A stretch of DNA of 64,000 nt, taken from IMG/VR virus record IMGVR_UViG_3300043077_000092; one strand, written 5' to 3'. Below the pieces are notes generated by a model that worked only from the letters and a program-made list of their open reading frames with translations, was not told the DNA's origin and made no database searches. A program made the translations under genes and the position numbers. This document shows positions 20,725-31,469 of the stretch, piece after piece. Position 1 is the first letter of the stretch; the number at the start of each line of letters is the position of its first letter. The DNA comes from a virus. Its lineage: Duplodnaviria > Caudoviricetes.

Positions 20725-21231
20725 TTGCCTAGCTATTTGGACTCACTAGTTAAAGATTTATGCACGTTTAAAAAGCCTGAATTCTATATGTATAAGTTGC
20801 AAGATGGGGCTCATATCGTTATCAATAATAACGACAAGATTATATCGAATTCTCCCGGTAATCTCAGCCGATTCTATAATCAATTAAATGCGGCTGTTAA
20901 GGAGATTCGTATAAACGGACATATTATGAGCAACTCTTCACCAGTTAGTGTATTTATACCTAACAAAGACAGAAATAATAATCCATATGATTTTATATTA
21001 TCACTGACAATGGGAAGAATAAACCCGACAAACAAAGATGAGATATTCGTTAACATTGGGTTCATTCCCGTAGACCGCAAAAGATTCTATCAGGAACGAG
21101 AATTTACTGCGACTATTAAAAATTACAATGAATTAAAGAGATACGTTGGTGTAATTAAATCAGCAATGGATGATAATTTTAAGAAAGGAAAAGAAACAGA
21201 TGGCAGAGAAGAAAGCAAAGTCAACCAATAA
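20725..21231 (+). CDS. Hypothetical protein
   Basis: 168 aa, TTG start abutting previous stop. Confidence 0.6.
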   Translation: MPSYLDSLVKDLCTFKKPEFYMYKLQDGAHIVINNNDKIISNSPGNLSRFYNQLNAAVKEIRINGHIMSNSSPVSVFIPNKDRNNNPYDFILSLTMGRINPTNKDEIFVNIGFIPVDRKRFYQEREFTATIKNYNELKRYVGVIKSAMDDNFKKGKETDGREESKVNQ

Positions 21232-21571
21232 GAAATTCATTATTGAGAAATCTGGGGAGAAAGTAAAACTTCAGATTAACGATGGGATTCTTTGGTTAGA
21301 CGAAAAAGAAAGAGACAGAATTATGGTAACTTTGAACAAGGCTATGGCTCCAGGTACAATCTCGTTCCCAATTCAGTCTAATGGTACATTCATCACATAT
21401 GAGAATGGAACCATCGCAGTAAGTCTTAGTGTTGCAAAGTTGAATACAGATGGAACAACTTACATCATCTTCGCATCTTATCAGATGCCGGGCATGATTC
21501 AGTTTGAGACTGACATGTTCTACGTAACCAGAGAGGTTATGGAAAAATTCATGCTTGCATTAGCAGGTTAA
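21200..21571 (+). CDS. Hypothetical protein
   Basis: Start MAEKK; terminator 21582-21612 follows. Confidence 0.65.
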   Translation: MAEKKAKSTNKKFIIEKSGEKVKLQINDGILWLDEKERDRIMVTLNKAMAPGTISFPIQSNGTFITYENGTIAVSLSVAKLNTDGTTYIIFASYQMPGMIQFETDMFYVTREVMEKFMLALAG

Positions 21572-21675
21572 TTTCACAATCGGGGTATTGGGATTATTAA
21601 TCCCAATACCCCATTATATTTTTGCACTATATTTTACAATTCTATAATTTTGGAAAGGAGGTAATATAATTCCTC

Positions 21676-23127
21676 ATGAGAAAGAATAGAATTTATGCTT
21701 ACAATACGCATTACGAGATTTACGACTATAAGTTGGGAGAATATAAGGACTTAGAAAGAGCACTTACGTATCATGACTTTACGGCATATTCGGATTATCC
21801 AAAGTTTATGTACGATAAGGAGAACCAGACTTTATTCATACCTCGTGGATTTGATAGTTATATATTGGAACAATGGAACGGTAAACCAGTTACAGTAGTA
21901 ACAAACGAAACAGAACCTGTCCCAATTAACTTTACAATGAAACTATCTCCAAAGGATGATAATCAGAAAAAGGCTATAAGGTTTTTATCTGGCGAAGAAG
22001 AGTTCAAATCAATGGCAATGAATCCTCAGAAAGTTCTTATTATGCCACCAAGTGCAGGTAAAACTTATTGTACAATGGCGGCTATACAAAAACTCCATGT
22101 AAGAGCATTGATTATAATGCATACTCAGACTTTAAAGGAACAATGGATTGAACGTATTAAAGAATATACGAATATGGGTGGTCCAAACATTGTTGAACTT
22201 ACTTCATCTCAGCAACTTCATGCTTATATGAAGAAGAAACCAAGTTCCAATCAAAAGATATTCATATCCACCAGAAGTTTATTGATTTCATATTGTGATA
22301 GATATGGGGTAGATGGATTATCTGAAGTAATTAATCGAATGGGAATAGGAGTAAAGGTATTTGACGAAGCTCATAAAGAATATGCAAGGACATTATTCAT
22401 TGACTATGTAACGAATGTAAAGTGGACGTTCTATCTTACTGCAACATTTCAGTTATCCAACTATGGAGAAAACCAAGTATTTCAAAGAGCATTCAATATG
22501 GTTCCTAAGTTACAGATTAAGAGAGATGATTCAGCAAGGCATATTGTATACCTTGCAGTTATATTCAACTCTCATCCAAATCCAATGGAAGAGATTCGTA
22601 TCACTGGAAAGAAACGTGGATTTGATAGATTTGCTTATATTGACTATGAACTTGAGAAAGGAATTCTTGAGAGAGAAGTTCGATATATGATTGACTTCTT
22701 TTTAAATAAGAAGAATATGACAGGTAAAACTCTTATTCTATCTTCAAAGAAATCTACGTGTAATTATTTTAGTGATATTGCAAAAGATGAAACCGATAAT
22801 AAGTATCGAACTTGTGCATTTTATACAGGGAATAAGGTCGATAATTATAAAGGGTATGATATCATATCTGCTACAGCTCAGATGTTAGGTACTGGGGAAG
22901 ATATTCCCGGGCTTAGATTTATGCTTAATACAGAACCATGTGCATCATTACCAAATACAGACCAGTTCTCTGGGAGATTAAGACCATTCGAGGGTGGAAC
23001 GAAAGATACTTTCTATGTAGAGTTTATTGATATTGGTTTTGAGAAGGTCTATCAATGGTATCGGCGTAGAGAGAAACTGTTAAGAACAAAAGTTAAGACA
23101 GTCCATGAACTAAAACATATAACCTAG
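21676..23127 (+). CDS. SF2 helicase (UvsW / phiKZ gp75-like)
   Basis: MPPSAGKT Walker A, DEAH, LTAT, GTGEDIP, QFSGRLR. Confidence 0.88.
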   Translation: MRKNRIYAYNTHYEIYDYKLGEYKDLERALTYHDFTAYSDYPKFMYDKENQTLFIPRGFDSYILEQWNGKPVTVVTNETEPVPINFTMKLSPKDDNQKKAIRFLSGEEEFKSMAMNPQKVLIMPPSAGKTYCTMAAIQKLHVRALIIMHTQTLKEQWIERIKEYTNMGGPNIVELTSSQQLHAYMKKKPSSNQKIFISTRSLLISYCDRYGVDGLSEVINRMGIGVKVFDEAHKEYARTLFIDYVTNVKWTFYLTATFQLSNYGENQVFQRAFNMVPKLQIKRDDSARHIVYLAVIFNSHPNPMEEIRITGKKRGFDRFAYIDYELEKGILEREVRYMIDFFLNKKNMTGKTLILSSKKSTCNYFSDIAKDETDNKYRTCAFYTGNKVDNYKGYDIISATAQMLGTGEDIPGLRFMLNTEPCASLPNTDQFSGRLRPFEGGTKDTFYVEFIDIGFEKVYQWYRRREKLLRTKVKTVHELKHIT

Positions 23128-23154
23128 CTATTATGAAACCGAGGTGATGATGAG

Positions 23155-23775
23155 ATGGAACAAAGGAAACTATTACTTGTTGATGAAGATACCATAAGAG
23201 ACATTAATCCATTAAAGATTGTATTTCTTGATATCGATGGGGTACTTAATGGATATAACAAATGGACTTGGAGATTATGTAGTATAATAGATTTTCTCCA
23301 CCTAAGAGTATGGTTCAATAGGCACTATGATATATTTGGAATACGACCTTATAAGGTATATCTACTATCAAAGATTATCAGAAAAACAAATTCCAAAGTA
23401 GTCATCAGTAGTAGTTGGAGAGCTGGATTTTTAGTTGATAACATTAAAGATTCGAGACTGTATAAGTTAAAGAAGTATTTAAAGAAATACGATATAGAGG
23501 TTATTGGGATTACTCCTCGTGCAAAGGATGGATGTCCTAGTAACCTCATACGAGAAACTGAAATAAGAACTTTTCTAAAGATGATAAACGATATCAATAA
23601 AGTTACAAGTTATGTAGTACTAGATGACGAGTCATTCGATTTACAGGGATTTGTTGGTCATCATTTGGTTCAGACCGGTGAAGTATCTGAAACTATAATG
23701 GGACGTCCCAAAGAAGATACAGGTCTAAAGAGGAAACATGTGAAACGAGCAATTGAGATTTTAAATATGGGGTAA
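23155..23775 (+). CDS. HAD-family phosphatase (Swiss Army Knife RNA-repair-like HAD domain)
   Basis: FLDIDGVLN, ISSSWR, GITP, YVVLDD. Confidence 0.8.
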   Translation: MEQRKLLLVDEDTIRDINPLKIVFLDIDGVLNGYNKWTWRLCSIIDFLHLRVWFNRHYDIFGIRPYKVYLLSKIIRKTNSKVVISSSWRAGFLVDNIKDSRLYKLKKYLKKYDIEVIGITPRAKDGCPSNLIRETEIRTFLKMINDINKVTSYVVLDDESFDLQGFVGHHLVQTGEVSETIMGRPKEDTGLKRKHVKRAIEILNMG

Positions 23776-23808
23776 ATATAAAACTAGAATTGGGGGTGGC
23801 GTTAAGAA

Positions 23809-24060
23809 ATGGCTGCAAAGAATCAATATTGTTTTAACCAAAAGTGTTTATGTTCTAATTGTAAGAATTACTGTCCTATGTGTAAGTTCAAGCATAAGGA
23901 TGAACCAGAGAATTGTCGGACTACTACGTGTGACCACTATGAGAAGTTATCGTTTCAGGAGTATATTAGTATTGAGGAATATCAAGATTCACCTGTTGGT
24001 GAAAGGTTGTATAATACTATAGAAAGGAGGAACGTGAATGAGGATGTTCGAATTGGCTAA
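23809..24060 (+). CDS. Small Cys-rich protein
   Basis: Multiple CxxC-type motifs. Confidence 0.55.
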   Translation: MAAKNQYCFNQKCLCSNCKNYCPMCKFKHKDEPENCRTTTCDHYEKLSFQEYISIEEYQDSPVGERLYNTIERRNVNEDVRIG

Positions 24061-24373
24061 GAGGAGAATTAAACACCTTGCCAATACAAATCAGTATCTT
24101 CAGGATGAAGAGGACCTCACGTTTAGTGATGAACAGATTAGAAGACTTGATGAGATAAATAATGCAGCAGATGAATTCTGTAGAGTTATTCTCAATGATC
24201 CAAACTATGACCATGATATGTCTATTACAGGAGATATAATTGATTATACAGTAGAGTTGTTAAACGATTTAGGTTATACGATCTATTATCCTGCGATTGT
24301 TTGGAGTGAGGATACGGGGGACTCTACAATCTGTGATTATTCATTCCCACCAAGAGATTGTGAGAAAATTTAA
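24038..24373 (+). CDS. Hypothetical protein
   Basis: 111 aa, AGGAGG RBS. Confidence 0.65.
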   Translation: MRMFELAKRRIKHLANTNQYLQDEEDLTFSDEQIRRLDEINNAADEFCRVILNDPNYDHDMSITGDIIDYTVELLNDLGYTIYYPAIVWSEDTGDSTICDYSFPPRDCEKI

Positions 24374-24566
24374 CTTATGATAGGTCTATTCACAAGTATA
24401 TAGACGGATGTAAAAGGGGAACAATATGCTGTGAACCGTGTTGATAAATGAAGCAGAGCAGGGCTATCAGGATGAATCAATACCTGAGCGTGATGCACAG
24501 CGATTTGTGAGATTTTTACAAAGTTATTGAGAGAACTGGAAACCAATATTCCAGTTCTCTCTTTTT

Positions 24567-27170
24567 TTATTCTGAACCGCTATCCGATTCTTCTTCTCCA
24601 GATTCAGATTCTCTTTTTTGTTGTATCTTGTTGAAGAGATTAGCCTGACGAGCTTTCATGATTGCTTTATTCTGCATATCAGGGAGTAATTCCCATGGAG
24701 CAGAAGGAGTACGTTCAATTAAGAGTTGTCTTGTCATATCTTCAATAATGAACGCAGTAATCTCAGGCGGATTTGTATTATCTCCACCAACCCAATACTT
24801 AACCATAGACTCACATACACCAGCATTATCATTCAACTGTTGAGATGTCATATTGTTATTGATAACTTTAGACTCTCTTAGGGAAATCTTCATCTTATCC
24901 AGTATATTATCAGGTATTGCATTTGGATAACAATGTCTGACAATTGTCTTTGCTGTTATGGTAAGAGGTTCATTGAAATCTCTCTTTATACCATTACACC
25001 TTGTAAGATGTTTGATGTTAGCCATACCAAGCATAGTTGCATATTCAATCTCATCTACATAGTCTACCATTACTGCGGGTACACCAGTAGCACCAATTGC
25101 CATCTTCTTTAAGTCTGTAATAAAGTCATTGTGAAGGTCAATCTGCTGACCAGATACAACGTCCATTTCAAATGGTTTAATCTCACTTGTACCCATGTTG
25201 ATAAAGTATCTCTTATTGATTGCTCTATTACCATGTAAGATATTGCCATTTGCAATCTGAATAGGATCAACATTGCTGTCTTCCAACTGATCCATCATAT
25301 CAGAAATCTGGTTGTTAATCTGACCATCCAATGCACTTTCTTTCAGATAGTAGAATTCACTATCTGTAGATTTTGTAATAATGGCAGTTGTGTAAAAAAG
25401 AACCAATGATGTATATAATCTGGCATATAATAACGAACGAAGCATAACAGGTTGTCCGTTATCGTGCTCATCCAGATTTGTTTTCCACGGAATGATGTAA
25501 TCTGGGCGTACGAACTTTATCCTTATAGGGTTATCTCTTTTTTCTGCATAGAGAATACAGTTAAGAACCATACTTCTAAGCTGTTTATCGCCCTTTAAGA
25601 TATCTCCATACTCCAAGTTCTTAAGTACCGAATCAACGATACCATCAATGACCATACTTCTCTGATTAAAGTTCATCTGATTGGACATAATGTCTGAAAC
25701 AGATGTACCCATCTTTGCATAGTCATAGTTCTCAAAGTAGTAATACCCAACCGTATAATCAAAAATCTTAATTGGGATTAACTGACGAGGATCAACAAGT
25801 TTGATATGACACCCAATCATATCTTCAGATGCTTTCATCTGGTCAGGTGTAATGCCATCTGAACCGAGCATCGTTGTTACTGCTGATGCAGAATTCTTTG
25901 TCGTTTCACGTTTCTTCGATGCCTTATCAGCCAAGTCATTAAGAGTTTCATTGTCCGCGATACTACCAACATCTGGTTTTTCCTCCTGAACTAATTTTGT
26001 AAAGTCTGTAATGCTACTAGAACCGCAATAATCAGCAAGACTTTCCCCATTAACGTACATTGACATACGGATGTCTGATTTCGTAGTAGGATTATTTGGA
26101 TCAAGTTCTTTCTCAGCCTTTTTCATTGCAGCATTGATAGCATTCTGGATTGATTTGTTGAGACTTTTGTGTGTTCCAAGACCTTCAAAGTCAGGAACGG
26201 AATCATCTTCACAAACGAATATATTTTTTGCATTATTCTTGATTGTTTCGATTGTCTTTTGAACATCTTCAGATAATTCTTTACCATCATTCTCTGTATT
26301 AGGGTTTAATGATTCAAATAAAGCAGTTACCCCTTCCATACAAGAGTTATAGTCAGAACCATCTCCTTCATCACTAAACAATGCGTGAGTATCTGTTGAT
26401 TCATAGAACGGATACCCTCCATATCCCATTCCATGAGTTCCATTTAAAGCCATGAGTTTTGGTCCGATTTCACTATAGGGGATAATCATGATGTAATATG
26501 TACCATACTTGATTGCCTTTGGTACAACATGGTCACGTATCTTAACCGATATATTCTGATAAGTAAGGGCTTTCTTAACGATTGATACATAAGAACTCAC
26601 ATCGTCAGTTACACCCGGAAAATCTACGTTCATACTGATGTCTTCGTTTACTTGTTCTGCACGAAGTACATTATCTCTTGTAATGAGATTTGCCTCCTCC
26701 AATTGATAGAAGTAACCGCAAACGGAATCTATCTCATCATATATATGAATAATATCAGAGGACGTTGACAAAAAATAAGAAGCAACCTGAGTATCGCCCA
26801 TTGTAAAGAGCTTATCCAGTTGCATATTCTTAAGCATTTTATCCTGAGCAGGATTTCCTGTCGAGAATTTTGAATTCTGAAATGCCTTAGAAGCATTCCC
26901 ATAGGTTTTATTTCCACCAAGTAGTGCATTTACAATATAATCGTAAGTACTATCAGTTGGGTCTTTTGACGAACGAATACCCTGATAGTCCTGCTGAATG
27001 ATGTTGTTATACCTATGATGTATATTCAACAATTCTTCTGAACGACCAGAATCATCACCGGTTAAAGCAGAAGATTCTGAACGGAGTAATTCTACAAGTT
27101 CTCTGTTCATATCATTCATACGACTTACCTGACGATTCATTCCAGCGTCATTAGAAGTTTTCTTTGCCAT
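24567..27170 (-). CDS. Portal protein (T4 gp20-like, jumbo type)
   Basis: AIKYGTYY, KLVDPRQLIPI...GYYY, ATGVPA patterns; 867 aa. Confidence 0.7.
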   Translation of the reverse strand: MAKKTSNDAGMNRQVSRMNDMNRELVELLRSESSALTGDDSGRSEELLNIHHRYNNIIQQDYQGIRSSKDPTDSTYDYIVNALLGGNKTYGNASKAFQNSKFSTGNPAQDKMLKNMQLDKLFTMGDTQVASYFLSTSSDIIHIYDEIDSVCGYFYQLEEANLITRDNVLRAEQVNEDISMNVDFPGVTDDVSSYVSIVKKALTYQNISVKIRDHVVPKAIKYGTYYIMIIPYSEIGPKLMALNGTHGMGYGGYPFYESTDTHALFSDEGDGSDYNSCMEGVTALFESLNPNTENDGKELSEDVQKTIETIKNNAKNIFVCEDDSVPDFEGLGTHKSLNKSIQNAINAAMKKAEKELDPNNPTTKSDIRMSMYVNGESLADYCGSSSITDFTKLVQEEKPDVGSIADNETLNDLADKASKKRETTKNSASAVTTMLGSDGITPDQMKASEDMIGCHIKLVDPRQLIPIKIFDYTVGYYYFENYDYAKMGTSVSDIMSNQMNFNQRSMVIDGIVDSVLKNLEYGDILKGDKQLRSMVLNCILYAEKRDNPIRIKFVRPDYIIPWKTNLDEHDNGQPVMLRSLLYARLYTSLVLFYTTAIITKSTDSEFYYLKESALDGQINNQISDMMDQLEDSNVDPIQIANGNILHGNRAINKRYFINMGTSEIKPFEMDVVSGQQIDLHNDFITDLKKMAIGATGVPAVMVDYVDEIEYATMLGMANIKHLTRCNGIKRDFNEPLTITAKTIVRHCYPNAIPDNILDKMKISLRESKVINNNMTSQQLNDNAGVCESMVKYWVGGDNTNPPEITAFIIEDMTRQLLIERTPSAPWELLPDMQNKAIMKARQANLFNKIQQKRESESGEEESDSGSE

Positions 27171-27306
27171 GATAGGTTCTCCTTTCTTTTATTTTCTTAG
27201 CGTTAAACACTATTTATTACTTTTGTGCAAAAAGAATATATTTACGAGACAAAAAAAAAGAATATGGATTGGTGGAAATTCCACCAATCCATTCTAAAGT
27301 TATCCT

Positions 27307-27789
27307 TTATGCTGAATAAACTGTAATCTCAACATATGCAAAGGTATGAGCCTTTCCCGGGAATAAAGTTTCCCACATCACATGGTTCAGATTCTCTTTA
27401 CCAATAAATACATCTTTACTTCCGTCTTCCATTTCTTTAACTGTGAGTGTATTGCAGACCTCTCCGCAAATACCACCTGAGTTATTATCGTAATGACTAG
27501 TCCAAGCATTTACGATTTCCTTTGTGTCAAATAACAAATCCCTCTTCTTAACCTGAACTGTACGGATTGTTATAGGTACTGATGTTTCACCCTGTAAACA
27601 GTCGATAATGAATCCTGTTAAGTCGACTATCTCTCCAAACGATACTAATGTCTGGGGAGTTTCTGTAAGTAACGTAGTTGTACCCTGATATTCTTCAACG
27701 GCTACAACTGGATCGTCTAATGATTTAGGTTTTGTAAATTCACCCCTTGTAATGATAATTTGCATAGTTGATTGTTTCATTGCTGTCAT
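27307..27789 (-). CDS. Hypothetical protein
   Basis: 160 aa ORF. Confidence 0.65.
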   Translation of the reverse strand: MTAMKQSTMQIIITRGEFTKPKSLDDPVVAVEEYQGTTTLLTETPQTLVSFGEIVDLTGFIIDCLQGETSVPITIRTVQVKKRDLLFDTKEIVNAWTSHYDNNSGGICGEVCNTLTVKEMEDGSKDVFIGKENLNHVMWETLFPGKAHTFAYVEITVYSA

Positions 27790-27800
27790 CCTCCAAATTG

Positions 27801-28331
27801 TTAAAATAAATTATTTATCTCGTGTTTATCACAGAAAACCATGTTTATATTATGACCGAGCATAAGCATGTCGTATTCAAGCATATCAATGTCATCATAT
27901 ACAACCCCATGAAGATAGGCATACATGTGACCGTCTACAGATATCAGATACTTTCCAAACTTATGGGTTGCTAAGAACGTAGCCGCCGACATATCATCGT
28001 TTGGTATTACTCCTGTATATCCTTCACCATCCAGCATTTCAGCAATTGTGACTAGATGGTTCATAATGTATCCGCCCTTAATTCCAATATGGGCTAACTC
28101 TGAATATACGTAATCGTATTGCTCTTTCCAATCTCCGTCATCAGGTAATAATAACTTAGCCACCGCACGTACTGCACAATCATCACCGTTGTGGTTTCTA
28201 TACGGATTAGTGATAGCCTTTGTATCTACTTTAATCAGGTGCCATAAATCATATTTCCCTTCGACATATTCTTCAGGTGTATCAGCCTTTATGATATTAC
28301 CACTAAGGCTGAGTAATTCATCTTTGTCCAT
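27801..28331 (-). CDS. Putative papain-like Cys-His-Asp fold phage protein
   Basis: DCAVRA...GHMYAYLHGVVYD. Confidence 0.55.
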   Translation of the reverse strand: MDKDELLSLSGNIIKADTPEEYVEGKYDLWHLIKVDTKAITNPYRNHNGDDCAVRAVAKLLLPDDGDWKEQYDYVYSELAHIGIKGGYIMNHLVTIAEMLDGEGYTGVIPNDDMSAATFLATHKFGKYLISVDGHMYAYLHGVVYDDIDMLEYDMLMLGHNINMVFCDKHEINNLF

Positions 28332-28347
28332 ATTTTTACCATCTCCT

Positions 28348-29139
28348 TTAGATTTCGTTATATATCAACACCAAGTATTCATGGATGGTATTGACCGTAA
28401 TGTTTAAACTCTGACCGCATTTATATATCGCATGAATGCGCAATATTGCGACATCAGATTGATCAGATGGGAACGTAGTATATTCTCCTGCAAGAGCAAT
28501 AGGAGTATCCATTCTGGAAACTCCTGCTAAGCAGAATAATGAACGAGCTAATCTCGTTGCTACAGTTCTTCCTCTAGTTTCTTTATGGATATTGAAAATT
28601 CCATTGTTTCTAATATTGATTAAATCTTTATCTGTAAATGTATCCCAACCTGCATGAAGCGAATCGTTTGATTCAGTATTTGATTCCTCTCCTGCTATCG
28701 GGAATAAATCATCAAACCATGTAACTGAATTTGCTACATTCTTGATGTTATCTGTAGTTTCACCCGTAATAAGTCTTGCAACGTCGATTGCGTAATTCCC
28801 TAACTGAATACCAATCAATTCTTCAGTTCTAAAATACTCAATATTCTTACGACAATCCATATCATTTTCTTGGGCTCTTTGAATTTCTGATATAATGGTT
28901 TCTATATCACTAACCATATATACCCCGTCTTCTACGTAACATTCATCCATGAATAATGGGTCTTTTACAATATGTCTTCCGGGATATTTATCAGTAGTGC
29001 CCGACTTTATATTACGTTCTGTAGCAATGTATATATCATTTTTGATAATGTAATCATGACCAATCTTGGATAATCTTCCAAGGAACGATACCCAAGAATC
29101 AAAGTCTTTACACTTTAGTTTCATTTGGAGTTTCTCCAT
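28348..29139 (-). CDS. Hypothetical protein
   Basis: 263 aa, AGGAGG RBS. Confidence 0.7.
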   Translation of the reverse strand: MEKLQMKLKCKDFDSWVSFLGRLSKIGHDYIIKNDIYIATERNIKSGTTDKYPGRHIVKDPLFMDECYVEDGVYMVSDIETIISEIQRAQENDMDCRKNIEYFRTEELIGIQLGNYAIDVARLITGETTDNIKNVANSVTWFDDLFPIAGEESNTESNDSLHAGWDTFTDKDLINIRNNGIFNIHKETRGRTVATRLARSLFCLAGVSRMDTPIALAGEYTTFPSDQSDVAILRIHAIYKCGQSLNITVNTIHEYLVLIYNEI

Positions 29140-29326
29140 CGTCAGATTTCCCTCCTTTAATATCTTCCCTTGGTATTACAGGTACAGATTCTTTTAGTAC
29201 CCCAGTAATAAGTTCTTCTGGTATTCCAGTACGAGCAATTACAAACGCCGTTCTACCTAATTCCTTTATCAAGTATTCATCTACTACTGAATCCTGACTC
29301 TGTTTGATTTTACCATATTGCCTCAT
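29108..29326 (-). CDS. Small hypothetical protein (start MRQYG)
   Basis: GGAGGAG RBS; overlaps neighbours. Confidence 0.5.
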   Translation of the reverse strand: MRQYGKIKQSQDSVVDEYLIKELGRTAFVIARTGIPEELITGVLKESVPVIPREDIKGGKSDDGETPNETKV

Positions 29327-29948
29327 TGATTCTTCTCCTCCACAGTTCAAGTATAGTTGAATAATCTTCTGGTATGTTAGGTCGAGGTGGTTCGATACTA
29401 CAATAAGGTTTCGGTATAAAACCTCTCGGTACACGGTTTTTGTTGACCGGAACCTCCTTCATTGTATCACCACCAAATTCTCCATCAGACGGATAGTACC
29501 TCTTATTTCGATTAACACAATCAAGTGTTTGTAGGGTAGAGCTATGTCGACTGTATTCGTCATCGGTAGATTTCCGATTAATCCGTTTAACTTCATACTT
29601 ACCTGAATAAATCGGAGTACAGTATCTCTCCTTAATACCGATTGACTTAGTGAACGCATATCTTAATAAATGCGGGCATTGTTCAAATGTAATCTCCCAA
29701 TACCGCTTATTATAAAACATATCGAAGGATTCATTCCCAATAAGATAGTATCCATCAATATCCTTGTTAAATGGTTTATACGTATTTACCATATGACACT
29801 TAAATATAGAAGACGGATTCATAATCCTCAGTATAGTCGGGTCTCTGTCTTCATCACCAATACATTTGTATCTCCTAAAATATTTATGCAAGTGGTGTGT
29901 TAGTCTTTTACTTGCCCAGCACCTCTCATCAATCCCATTTTTCCACAT
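29310..29948 (-). CDS. Hypothetical protein
   Basis: 212 aa, AGGAGG RBS. Confidence 0.65.
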   Translation of the reverse strand: MWKNGIDERCWASKRLTHHLHKYFRRYKCIGDEDRDPTILRIMNPSSIFKCHMVNTYKPFNKDIDGYYLIGNESFDMFYNKRYWEITFEQCPHLLRYAFTKSIGIKERYCTPIYSGKYEVKRINRKSTDDEYSRHSSTLQTLDCVNRNKRYYPSDGEFGGDTMKEVPVNKNRVPRGFIPKPYCSIEPPRPNIPEDYSTILELWRRRINEAIW

Positions 29949-30227
29949 AGTAATCCCTCCTTTATTTTTGTTTTCTTAAATTCAGCCTCATCTGATTTCC
30001 TTCATATCTACGATAAGATTTCTGATATCTTTTGGTTGATCCGTTACTTAAGCAAGATTTAATAGAGTCTAAAAAGGCTCTGTTAATGCATTCTTCACTC
30101 AAAGGTTGTTTCAATACTGCTCTATTCATGTCTCAAATCTCCTTATAAGCGTTTTATATTAAAGTTTCTAGCATAACAAAAAACCATTTTCCTGATATCA
30201 GGAAAATGGTTTCTGTAGTTTTATTCT

Positions 30228-30434
30228 TTATAGCGAGCTAGTGTGAAATGTATAAAATCCTCTGATCTCACCGTCTACTCGTAAAGGAATTATCTCACTT
30301 TCTTTATAACCCTTTTTAATTAATTCTTTATATGTTTCATATGGGTCTTTTGGTGTTTCTTCAAGTTTGTTCAAATCTGTCTCATCATATATCAGAGACG
30401 TTGATTTTGTTCCATATTGCTTATCACCTTTCAT
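30228..30434 (-). CDS. Small hypothetical protein
   Basis: 68 aa; palindromic terminator 30181-30212 downstream. Confidence 0.55.
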   Translation of the reverse strand: MKGDKQYGTKSTSLIYDETDLNKLEETPKDPYETYKELIKKGYKESEIIPLRVDGEIRGFYTFHTSSL

Positions 30435-30862
30435 ATAAGCAACTCCTCACATTGAATATTATGCTTAGTAAACCATTCCGTCACAATATGCCTATGACAG
30501 AATTTATCAACTGGTTCATAGCATACAAGAACAATTCCAAATTTAGATTGAACTTCATCTAACGTATAAACGTTGCCGTCAAATTCAGCACCGTTTTGTC
30601 TCTCCAACAATGGAGCAGTTAATTCCCATAATTCATGGTTTACTACATTAGGGTCTAATTGTTCCAACTGATTCATATAGATTTCCCTGTACTTAATCTC
30701 CGATACTTTACCATTCTTATAGTCGGTTAATAAAGTTCTTGATGGAGCAAGTTTCGGATAAGATTGACCACTATACCAGTTTGGATTAAACCTTGCTATT
30801 GAAACAGGGACTAATGTATTAGGGAATTTTCTAATCTTTGCGAAATAGCTTGTGTAAATCAT
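30431..30862 (-). CDS. DUF488-like phage protein
   Basis: MIYTSYF, LAPS, LVCYE...FCHRH. Confidence 0.75.
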   Translation of the reverse strand: MIYTSYFAKIRKFPNTLVPVSIARFNPNWYSGQSYPKLAPSRTLLTDYKNGKVSEIKYREIYMNQLEQLDPNVVNHELWELTAPLLERQNGAEFDGNVYTLDEVQSKFGIVLVCYEPVDKFCHRHIVTEWFTKHNIQCEELLI

Positions 30863-30872
30863 TGTATCCCCC

Positions 30873-31247
30873 TTACTTTATGATATGTTTTATCAATGAG
30901 ACATCCACGTATTTTGTGTTGATCAATATATACCCAAACTCTGGTACTGGGTCACCATTATCTGAATAGTGACGGTTTAGAATTATATCATCTGAATCCA
31001 ATGGTATTTTTATCTTACCATAAGTAATCCTCATATGTCTATCAAATCTTTCACCGTATACATAGTGTTCAGTACCATTCATAGCAACACCAACAGGTTT
31101 GGATAGAAAGTCAGGAAGTGTTCTAATGACTATACCGCCTGCATATTTAATCTTCATCTTGTAGACTGGAAACGCATACTCCAACTTTTCGTTCTTATAC
31201 ATTTTCCTACGTATGTAACGCAGTCTTAAATCAGATAGTAATCTCAT
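30873..31247 (-). CDS. Hypothetical protein
   Basis: 124 aa, AGGAGG RBS. Confidence 0.6.
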   Translation of the reverse strand: MRLLSDLRLRYIRRKMYKNEKLEYAFPVYKMKIKYAGGIVIRTLPDFLSKPVGVAMNGTEHYVYGERFDRHMRITYGKIKIPLDSDDIILNRHYSDNGDPVPEFGYILINTKYVDVSLIKHIIK

Positions 31248-31250
31248 GTA

Positions 31251-31433
31251 TTAGAACCTCCTTCGACGATTATGGTTAGCCCAGCTCTGATACGCAGCCA
31301 ATTGTTCTTCAGTCATCATATGTATTGCCGATGACATTATTAAGCGGTTGTTTGCTTTCCTGAATCTTCTCATGAATGTCTCCATTTTAATTCTCATACG
31401 TAAATCATCGATCATCTCTTTAATTCTTCTCAT
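31251..31433 (-). CDS. Small basic hypothetical protein
   Basis: 60 aa, AAGGAG RBS. Confidence 0.55.
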   Translation of the reverse strand: MRRIKEMIDDLRMRIKMETFMRRFRKANNRLIMSSAIHMMTEEQLAAYQSWANHNRRRRF

Positions 31434-31469
31434 AGCACTTTTTCTCCTTTACTTCCTTTATTACTAGAT

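Noticed and set aside
24360-24530. Possible doubly frameshifted extension of ORF 24038-24373
   Set aside because: Needs two indels and has no homology support available here
30181-30212. Perfect palindrome as operator or mobile-element end
   Set aside because: Position just after a gene end with a flanking U tract fits an ordinary terminator
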